Assembly: GCA_045863855.1 (NCBI GenBank)
Contig: BTVV01000009.1
Span: 1 to 64,000 of the forward strand
Origin: Planctomycetota bacterium
GTDB lineage: Bacteria; Planctomycetota; SZUA-567; H5-PLA8
Length of the DNA stretch: 64,000 nt
Direction of reading: 5' to 3'
Of this stretch, positions 27,633 to 38,300 are shown piece by piece. The position numbers were made by a program, and so were the translations under genes. Numbering within the stretch: the first letter of the stretch is position 1; every line of letters begins with the position of its first letter. The notes under the pieces are model-generated. The model had not been told where the DNA came from. It did not search any database and saw only the letters and a list, made by a program, of their open reading frames with translations.

Positions 27633-29207
27633 GTGCGAAATCCTTCGAGTGCAGTTCTGAACTCTTTTTCTTGGTGCGTGTGGGTGTGCGCCGTGGCGCT
27701 GAACGCTTGCGCCGCGTACGGCGGTGAGGCCGCGGTTCATCCAGCCGAGGCGACCTTTCAGAAGGGCGTCGAGGCCGTGAAGGCGAAACAGTTCGAAGAA
27801 GCCGCGAAACAATTCCTGGAAGCGGCAAAGGCGGGGCACGGTACGGCGCAGCACAACCTGGGCATCCTGCAGCTGACCGGTTCGGGGGTGCCGCGCGATG
27901 TGAAGTCGGCGTTGGGGTGGTTTCAAAAGGCCGCCGAACAGGGGCAAGGCGACGCGAAGGTGCAACTCGCAGAGATGTACTTTCAGGGACTGGGCGTGGA
28001 GAAGGACGCGCCGGCGGGATTGAAGCTGCTTAGCGAAGCCGCCGATGCCGGATACGCGCCGGCCATGCTGCGGTTGGGGAATCTGTATCGGTTGGGGCTA
28101 GACGAGAACGGACAGGGCGTGGTCCCGCGCGATCTGGAAGCGTACGCGGCATGGCATCGCAAGGCGGCGAGCGCGGGGCTGTCCGACGCGCAGTATTCGA
28201 TGGGCCTGATTTACTCGGAAGGGCAGGGTGTGCGCCAGGATTTCGCTCAGGCGGCGCGCTGGTTTGGGCAAGCGGCGGAAGCGGGGCACGCTCGCGCGCA
28301 GGTTCGCTATTCGGGCGCACTGGCGCAGGGACTGGGCATTCCGAAAGATGAGGTTGGCGCGCGGGCTTGGGTGCAAAAAGCGGCCGCTCAAGGATTGGCC
28401 GACGGGCAGTTCAAGCTCGGGGTGATGTTCCGCGACGGGCTGGGGGGGAAGGCTGAACCGGAGAAAGCGGCGGAGTGGTTCGGCAAGGCTGCGGCGCAGA
28501 ATGACGGCGAAGCGCAGCATGCGTTGGCGCTCTTGCACCTGAACGGCACGGGTGTGGCTAAGGATGCCAAGCTGGCGGCGGATCTGTGCCGCAAAGCAGC
28601 CGAAGGCGGGCTGGCCGCGGCGCAAGTAACCTATGCGCTGCTGTTGATCAACGGCCACGGAGTGGGGATCGATCAGGCCGCCGCGGCGGTGTGGACGAAG
28701 CGCGCGGCAGAGCAGGGGCATCCTCAGGCGCAGCATAATTTGGGGCTGATGTACCTGAACGGAACAGGCGTGGCGCAGGATCACGCGAAGGCGGCGGCTT
28801 GTTTTCGGGCGGCGGCAGCGCGCGGAAATACAGAGTCTTCGGTCCAGTATGCGGTACTACTTTTCAAGGGCCAAGGCGTGGAGAAGGACGAGGCGGAAGC
28901 TTTTGGCTTGATGCAGCGGGCGGCCGAACAAGGCAGCCTGTTGGCGATGACGAATACGGGCATCATGTTCCGCGACGGGACCGGGACGGCGAAGGATTCG
29001 AAGGCGGCGGTGGGCTGGTTCAAGCAGGCAGCCGAGAAGGGCTGGGCGGATGCTCAATATGCATTAGGTCTCGCCTATGAACAAGGAGACGGCTTGGCCT
29101 CCGATTTGGCGTCGGCAAAGGCTTGGTACGAGAAAGCAAGTGCACAAGGGCACACTCGCGCGCAAGCCGCCTTGAAGAGGCTCACAGAAGGCGTGTTAGG
29201 TAAATAG
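27633..29207 (+). CDS. Secreted Sel1-like repeat protein (roughly 12-13 repeats)
   Basis: Repeated AQ..LG..Y..G.GV..D...A..W..KAAEQG units; N-terminal hydrophobic signal. Confidence 0.95.
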   Translation: MRNPSSAVLNSFSWCVWVCAVALNACAAYGGEAAVHPAEATFQKGVEAVKAKQFEEAAKQFLEAAKAGHGTAQHNLGILQLTGSGVPRDVKSALGWFQKAAEQGQGDAKVQLAEMYFQGLGVEKDAPAGLKLLSEAADAGYAPAMLRLGNLYRLGLDENGQGVVPRDLEAYAAWHRKAASAGLSDAQYSMGLIYSEGQGVRQDFAQAARWFGQAAEAGHARAQVRYSGALAQGLGIPKDEVGARAWVQKAAAQGLADGQFKLGVMFRDGLGGKAEPEKAAEWFGKAAAQNDGEAQHALALLHLNGTGVAKDAKLAADLCRKAAEGGLAAAQVTYALLLINGHGVGIDQAAAAVWTKRAAEQGHPQAQHNLGLMYLNGTGVAQDHAKAAACFRAAAARGNTESSVQYAVLLFKGQGVEKDEAEAFGLMQRAAEQGSLLAMTNTGIMFRDGTGTAKDSKAAVGWFKQAAEKGWADAQYALGLAYEQGDGLASDLASAKAWYEKASAQGHTRAQAALKRLTEGVLGK

Positions 29208-29386
29208 CTAAACATATATTCGACATGTATTTAATATAGTTAAAGGCATAACCGTACGTGCTACTGCACGACGTATGAATTCCGACGTGCAGGGTTGGGA
29301 TTGTGGTTGCGAAATTTGGCCTCCTAGCCTACAACCTTATTGTTGAGTCGGTCTCCGCAGATCACTAGAACGGCTGGAGCCATCCC

Positions 29387-32300
29387 ATGTTACGGCAATT
29401 GGTCGGATTGAGCGCGGTCTTACTGACCGCGACGGTCGGGCTTTGGGCCGGCGAGTCCGCGGGGCCGCAAGTAACGGGAGGCACTGCGACGTTCGCACAG
29501 AATGGCGCGAATTGGACGGTCACCACGGGTTCGAATCGGACGGTGATTCGCTGGAACAGCTTCGGCGTGCCCCAGGGTTCAACCACTCAGTTTATCCAGC
29601 CGGGGAAGGGCTCGGCGGTGCTGAACAAAGTAACGGGTTCGCTGCCGTCCGAGATTGCCGGCGCGCTGCTTTCGAATGGCCGAGTGTACCTGCTCAATCC
29701 CAACGGCATTCTGGTCGGTCCTTCGGGGGTGATTCGCACGGCGGGGTTTGTCGCGAGCACGCTGGGGGTCAACGAGGGCGAATTCCTGGAGGCGGGGACG
29801 CTGCATTTTGCCGGCGGCGGCGAGGCGTCGGTGGTGAACCTGGGGACGATCGAAGCTTCCAGCGGTCCGGTGCTGCTGATCGCGCCGCGCGTGGAGAACC
29901 ACGGGACGATCCGAGCGGCGGACGGCGTAGCGGGGCTGGTCGCGGGACGCGACGTGCTGCTGACGGCGGACGATCAGATTTACATTCAGCCTTCGGCCGA
30001 GACGCTGGGCGGCACGGGCATCGAGAATACGGGCACGATCGAAGCGGCTCGCGCCGAATTGGTGGCGCAAGGCAACTTGTACGGGCTGGCCATCAACAAC
30101 AGCGGGACGGTGAACGCGACGAGCGTAGTGGAAGAAGGCGGGCGGATCCTGCTGCGCGCCGACGGCGGACGGATCGTGAACAGCGGGACGCTCACCGCGA
30201 GGACGCTGAACGCCGACGGCAAATCGACGGGCGGTACGATCGAGGTCGCCGGCGCGGAGGTGATTCTGGACGGTCCGGCGCGGCTGGACGTGAGCGGCGA
30301 TCTGGGCGGGGGGACGATCCATGTCGGCGGGAATTACCAAGGCCAAGGCCCGCTTCCCAACGCGCAGTACGTCTGGGTCGGCTCGAACGTCGAAATCAAC
30401 GCGGACGCGCTGGAAGTGGGCGACGGCGGGACGGCGATTTTCTGGTCGGATCTGGGGACGTGGTTTTACGGTTCGCTGAGCGCCAAGGGCGGTGCGTCCG
30501 GCGGCGACGGCGGCTTCGCGGAAATCAGCGGCAAGGCCTTCCTGCGCATGGCTGGCTCGGCGGATCTGAGCGCCGCCAACGGTAGTTTAGGAACGTTGCT
30601 GTTGGACCCGACGGATATCGAGATTCAGAACGGTTCCAGTGACGGGGACGACACGGGAGCATCCGCCACGGACTTTTCGAACAACTTTCCGGGCGGCGCT
30701 CCGGCGACGAGCGTGATCTTCGAGTCTGAACTGGAAGGCCTAGCGGAAAACGCGAACGTCACGATTCAGGCCACCAACAGCGTGATCCTGAAAGATCTGA
30801 CGACGGATGGGGTGCTGGAACTGGCGCTCGCCTCAGGTTCGCTGACGATTGATGCGGGAACCTCGTTCACGTTTGAAGATACCACTAACACCATCCGCAC
30901 GAACGGCGGCGACCTGATTGTCACCGCCGCTTCGGCGACGCTGGGCGTGCTGGACACAACCGGTTCGACGGGGACTGCGACGGGCGGAAATATCTCCGTC
31001 ACGACCTCGGGCACCATCACGCTGCATCAGAATCTGACGACGCTCGACGGCAATATCACCCTTGCCGGGGCGGTATCGTTGCAGACCGACCTCACCCTGA
31101 ACACCGGCGACGGGAATGCCTCGATCACCGGCGCGCTCGACGGCAACGCGAACACTCTCACGGTGGTTTCGGGCGCGGGAACGGTGACCTTTGGCAGCGC
31201 GCTGAGCGACCTGGACACACTCGACGTGACTGGCGGGACGATCTCGCTGGGCGGAAACGTGACCACGACGGGCACGCAGGACTACCACGGCGATGTGGAG
31301 ATCGCTGGCGCGAGCGTGACGCTCACGACCACCGATAGCACCGTGACCTTCGACGGCGCGATTGAAGGCGATACCGATGGCGGCCAGGCGCTTACGGTAA
31401 GCGTCGGCAACGGCGACATCGTGCTCTCAGGCGACGTGGGCGCGACCAACGCGTTGGCCTCGCTGAACCTGACCAGCACCAGCACGACCATCGAAATCGG
31501 CGGGAACGTCACCACGGCCGGCGCGCAAGTGTACGACGGACACGTGCTGATTACCGGCGGCGACGTGACGCTCACCGGTGTGGGCATTCAGTTCACCGGC
31601 GACGTGGACGGTTCGGGCACCGAGAACTTGACGGTGGATGCGACGACGGGGACGGCCGATTTCCAGGGTGCGGTAGGCCTTCTCAATAACTTCGAGGCCT
31701 CCGGCGCGGCGATCCTCTTCGCCGGCGACGTGACCACCGACGGGACGCAGACTTACACCGGCGCCGTTGAACTTTTCGGTGACCGGACCTTCACGGCCTC
31801 CGACGCTGACATCACCTTCGACGGCGCGGTTTCGGGCAATACCGCGGCCGAAAACCTGACCGTGGACGCGGGGACCGGCGCAGTGGACTTCACCGGCGCG
31901 TTGACCGACTTGGCCTCCTTGGACGCCACCGGCACGACCATCGGCGTGGGCGCGAACGTGACGACGAGCGGAGCGCAGGACTACCACGGCGACGTTTCCG
32001 TCAACGGCACGGCGACGCTCTCGGGCACGGACTTGACCTTCGAAGGCACGGTGACAGGCTCCGGCGGACCAGACCTGACCGTTTCCGGCACAGGGACGGT
32101 GGACTTCCAGGACGAGGTGAGCGCGCTCAACAGCCTCGCCGCCACCGGCACGACGATCCAGATCGCCGCGGACGTGAGCACCACGGCTTCGCAGAGCTAC
32201 ACCGGCGACGTGATTCTATTCGGCGACCTGACGCTTAACGCGGTTGGAGTGACCTTTTCGGCGACCGTTACGGGCAACGCGACCAGCGAAGTCCTGACGA

Positions 32301-35300
32301 TCGCTTCGACAGGCGGCACGGTGGACTTCGGCGGGGAAGTCAGCGACTTGGGCAGCCTGGACGTAACGGCCGACTCCATCGAGTTCGCCGCGAACGTGAC
32401 GACGACCAACGCACAGACGTACACGGGCGACGTGGCCCTAAATGGCGATATCTTGTTCACCACCACCGATCACGACGTGACCTTCGACGGCGCGGTCACC
32501 GGCGGCGGGAACGACCTGACCGTCGCGGCCGGCGCAGGCGACGTGATCGTCACGGGCGCGGTCTCCGGCGTGGGGGCGCTCGATCTGACCGGCGCCACGA
32601 TCGAGTTAGGCGGCGATGTCACGACCACCGGCGCGCAGACCTACCAAGGCAATGTGCAGATCAACGAAAGCCTTACGCTCACGGGCGCCGGCCTCACGTT
32701 CGAGGGCACCGTCGCCGGCGGCGACGGCGATGAAGACCTCACTGTGGACGCCGGCGCGACCACGGCCGATTTCCAGGACGCGGTAAGCAAACTTTCCAGC
32801 TTCGACGTTACCGGTGCGGCGATTCAGTTGGCCACCGACGTGACGACGACCGGGCTGCAGAGCTACGACGGTGCGGTCACGATTTTTAGCTCGCTTACGC
32901 TGACGGCAGGCGACGTGACCTTCGTGAGTACCGTGGAAGGCGACACGGGTGCGGAGAGCCTGACGATCGATGCAACTGGCGGGACGGCGGATTTCGGTTC
33001 CACGGTGGATTCGATCGATGTGCTCGATGTGACGGGAGCCACGATCCGGTTCGCTGCAGACGTTACGACCGAAGGCGCGCAGACGTTCACCGGCGACGTG
33101 GAACTGACGGGGAGCGTGCTCTTCACGACCAGCAACGACGGCGTGACCTTCGACGGGAACGTGGACGGCGGCACGAACGACCTGACGGTGGACGCGGGTA
33201 CGGCGGCGGTGGAGATCGCGGGGAACGTCACGGACGTCGGGACGCTCGACTTGACCGGAACCACCATCGAATTGGGTGGGGACGTCACGACCACCGTATC
33301 GCAGACCTACCGGGGCAACGTGGTGGTCAACGCGAGCCTCACGCTGACCGGCGCGGGAATCTTGTTCGAAGGCACGGTCGCCGGCGGCGTGGGAACCGAA
33401 GACCTGACGGTGGACGCCACGACGGGCACGGCCGATTTCCAGGACGCCGTCAGCAGCCTGAACAACTTCGACGCGTCCGGCGTGGATATCTTCCTGGCCA
33501 CGGACGTGACGACTACCGGCACGCAGGATTACGACGGCTCGGTGAGGCTCTACGGGGACGTGATCCTGACGGGCAGCGGCGTGGCCTTCTCCGGAATCGT
33601 GGAAGGCGACCTCGGCTCTGAAAATCTGACTGTGGACGCCACGGGCGGCACGGCCGACTTCGGCGGCGACCTCAGCAGCCTGGCCAGCCTTGACGTGACG
33701 GCGAACACGATTCTGCTCGGCGCGGACGTAACCACCACCGGAGCGCAGGACTACAACGGCGCCGTCGAATTGCAGGCCAACGTGGCACTCACCACCAGCA
33801 CAGCCGGCGACGTGACCTTTGCCGACACGGTGGACGGTTCTGGCGCGGGCGGTCAGAACCTGACCTTGGACGTGGCCGGCGCCATCGACTTCCAGGGGGC
33901 AATCGGCTCCTCGGTGCGCTTGGGCGCTATCCAAGTGGACGATGCCACCGACCTCTCGCTGTTGGGCCTGACGGCGGGCAGCTTCACGCAGGTCGCCGGC
34001 ACGGGCACGACGACCTTCGACGGCGCCGTGGATCTGGATGCGGCGGGCGGGCTGAACGTTGCGACGGACACCATCCTTGTCAACGGCACCGTGGACACGG
34101 TGAACGGCGGCGGCGTGACGCTGACGGCGGCCAGCGCGCTGACGATCGATGCAGCGGCTGTGATGAACCTGGACGGCGCGTTCCTAGAGAACGGCGCCGG
34201 GACGGTGAACGCGGCGGGCAGCATCACCACCAGCAACGCGGATGTGACCTTCACCAACATCGTGACGCTGGACGGAGATCTGGCTGTGACGAGCGGCGGG
34301 GGCCAGATCGAATTCCTGGGCGGCGCGGTGGGATCGACCGACGGCGGGGAGTCGCTGACGCTGGACGCGGGCTCGGGCGGGTTCACCTTCGGGGGCGATT
34401 TGGGAGCGGCGGGGGCGGCGTTGAACGACCTGACGCTGACCTCGGACCAGCTCTTTACGCAGGACGTTGATATTGTCGCGGCGGGAACGGTGCTTTTGCA
34501 GACCGCCGGCGCGACGCAGAACGCCGGATTCACGGTTCAGGCCGATACGCTGCTGCTTGAGGGGACGGGCGACTTTACGCTGAATGGGGCAAACGATGTT
34601 TCGAGCTTCGGCACCAGTGGCACAGGTGTGGCCGGCGACATCGTTTTCAACAACGGTACGACGAACCTTACTACGCTGGCGATCGACACGACGGGTACGG
34701 GCAACCTGACGCTGCGCCACGACGGGACGCTGGACTTGATGGGCGCGGTGAGCCTGACGGGTTCGTTCGTCGAAGAAAACGCGGCAGGTACCGGCGCGGG
34801 TGGGCTGGTGACGCTGGCGCAGGACTTAAACGTCGCGGCCGGCGAGGACATCACCTTCAAGAGTGCGTTGGCGATCGACGGGACGGTGGAGATCTCGACG
34901 TCGGGCGCGGGCAACTTGAACTTCTTCACCATCGACGGTGCGACGGTCGATACGGATTCGATCACGCTGACGGTGGACACGGGCTCCATTACGTATACCG
35001 GCGGACTGGGCGGCGGGACGCGCTTCGACAACATCACGCTGAACACGGGTGCGGGGATCACGATCGATCAAGATTTGAGCGCGGCGACGCAGGTAACGAT
35101 CAACGCGGGCGGGAACATCGATCATTCGGACGGAACGATCTCCGCCGACACGGTCACGCTCACCACGACGGCCGGCGGTGCGACGCAGTCGGGTACGGCG
35201 AGCATCGATGCGACGACGCTGCTGGTGGAAGGCACGGGCAACTTCACGCTGAACAACGCGAACAGCGTGGACGAGTTCGGCACCAGTGGCGCAGGCGTGG

Positions 35301-38300
35301 CCGGCGACATCGTCTTCAACAACGGTACGACGAACCTTACTACGCTGGCGATCGACACGACAGGTACGGGCAACCTGACGCTGCGCCACGACGGGACGCT
35401 GGACTTGATGGGCGCGGTGAGCCTGACGGGTTCGTTCGTCGAAGAAAACGCGGCAGGTACCGGCGCGGGTGGGCTGGTGACGCTGGCGCAGGACTTAAAC
35501 GTCGCGGCCGGCGAGGACATCACCTTCAAGAGTGCGTTGGCGATCGACGGGACGGTGGAGATCTCGACGTCGGGCGCGGGCAACTTGAACTTCTTCACCA
35601 TCGACGGTGCGACGGTCGATGCGGATTCGGTAACGCTTACGCTGGGCACGGGCACGCTGGCCCTGGGTGGTGCGATCGGCGGCGGCACGCGGCTCGACAA
35701 CGTAACCTTCAACTCGGGCGCAGGTATCACCCTGAACCAGAACGTGACCGCGGCGACGCAAGTGGACGTGAGCGCGGCCGGAGCCATCGCGCAGACGGCT
35801 GGAACGATCTCCGCCGACACGGTCACGCTCACCACGTCGGCCGGCGGCGCGACGCAGTCGGGTACGGCGAGCATCGATGCGACGACGCTGCTGGTGGAAG
35901 GCACGGGCAACTTCACGCTGAACAACGCGAACAGCGTGGACGAGTTCGGCACCAGTGGCGCAGGCGTGGCCGGCGACATCGTCTTCAACAACGGCAATAC
36001 GGCGCTAACGACCTTGGCGATCGACACCACAGGCTCGGGCAACCTGACGCTGCGACACGACGGAACCTTGGACCTGTCCGACACGATCACGCTGACGGGT
36101 TCGTTCGTCGAAGAAAACGCGGCAGGTACCGGCGCGGGTGGATTGGTGACGCTGGCGCAGGATCTGAGCGTCGCGGCGAACCAGAATATTACCTTCAAGA
36201 GCGCCCTTGAAGTTTCCGGAGACCGATCGATTTCGACCTCGGGTACGGGGAACTTGAGCTTCTTCACGATCGACGGAAGCACGGCCGATACGGACGCGAT
36301 CACGCTCACCGTGGATACCGGCTCGATTACCTACTCCGGCGCCATTGGCGGCGCCACCCGCTTCGACGCGATTACGCTGAATACGGGCGCGGGGATCACG
36401 CTAGGCCAGGACCTGGACGCGGCGTCGCTGATCGAGATCAACGCGGCGGGGACGATCTCGCACACGGGCGGGTCGCTCTCGGCCGCTACGGTGCATCTGA
36501 ACACGACCGCCGGCGGCGTCTCGCAGGCCGTTGGCAGCGGTGGGATCGCGGCGACGATCTTGACGCTCGAAGGGACCGGGAATTTCTCCCTGCTCGACGC
36601 GGACAACGCGGTGGGCACGCTTGAAACCAACGGCGCGCTGGCCGGGGACTTGACCTTCGTGACCGGCTCGACGGTGACGACCGGCGACATTACCGCAGAC
36701 GCCGTGGCCGTCGAACACACCGGGGCGCTGACGCTGGGCGGGGACATCACCGCGGACTCGTTCGTCGAATCGAACGTCGGGAATACGGGCGGCAGCGCCG
36801 GCGGCGTCAACACGCTCGCCGGAGCCGAACGGACGATCGATACGAGCGGCGCGGGCGGGGCCATCACCTTCAAGAGCAACGCGACGCTGAACAGCGACCT
36901 GACGCTGAACGCAGGGGCCAGCGGCGGAACGATCACGCTGGCGAACGTGAATGACTCGGTGGCCGGCGCCGATACGCTCGACCTGACCGGCGGCGGGTTC
37001 GCCTTCGGCACGCTGGGGACGCCGAACCGCCTGGGCGAGATCGCGCTCACCACCAACCAAGCCGGTGGCATCACGGTGACAGGTACGGGCCTGAACGCCG
37101 ATCGTATCACCTTCGAAAACACCGGCGGCAACCTGACGGTCGGGTCGGCTCTGACGGCCGACGAGATCACCCTGACGGCCAACGGGATGCTCGCGGTGAA
37201 CGGTCTGCTCACGGCGCTCGACGGCGGCGCGGGCCTGGTGACGCTGAGCGGCACTGGGATCACGCAGACGGCGGGCATCCGCACCGATACGCTGGAACTG
37301 GACGGCACGGGCAGCGTGGTGCTGAATTCGGCGGCGAACCAGATCGAGGCGCTGACCGCCCTCTCGAACACTCTGGACGATGTTCAGGTGACGACGAACC
37401 CGGCGAGCGGAACGTTTACCTTGGGCGCGTTCGATACGACGGGCGCGGCCGGGACCGGCGACCTGACGGTTAACTTCGGCAGCGACAATCTGCTGATCAA
37501 CGGTCCCGTGGATCTTAAAGGTTCGTTCTCGACGGGCGCCTCGAGCGGCGGGATCACGTTGGCCGGCGACCTTACGGTGGGTAACAGCATCACCTTCACC
37601 GGAACGCTGGGCGTCTCGGGTGTGGCGTCGTTGACCAGCGGAGCCGGCGGCGGGATCACGCTGGGCGATGTGACAGGCGCGGGCGCGGACTTGACCCTGA
37701 CCGCGGGCAGCCTGGGGATCGATTTCAACGGCAACGTGGGCACCTCGGGCGGGCGCTTGAACAGCCTGACGCTGAACACCGACGGACCGGTGACGCAGGA
37801 CGCCGGCGAAAAGCTTCACGCCAATACCTTGACGCTTCTGGGCGATGCGATGTACGCGCTGCGCACGAATATCCTTACGCTCGACGGCGGCGGCGCGACG
37901 CTGGGCGGCTCGCTGTCGCTGGCCAACGACGGCGCATTGGCCGTGGACGTGAATCCGCTGACGGTCGCGGGTGACGTGACCCTGCGCACGTTGGCCGGCG
38001 CGATTACGATCAACGAAGACGTCAGTTCCACCGGCGCGGGCGGAACGGTAACTCTGGATGCGGCCGGCGGCGCCACGACGACCGGCGGATCGACGGTGAG
38101 CGCGGACAATCTGCTGCTGTCCGGAGGCGGAACGTTCGACCTGGCTACCTCGGTAGACACGGTGGCCTCGACCAACTTGGGCGCGGGTTCGGTCACGCTC
38201 GTAAACGACCAGACGCTGGCCGTGGGCGACGTCGGCGCGGGGTCGGGTTTGACGGCCGGGGGCGGGATCGACCTGACCGTCACGGCCGGAGACCTGACGC

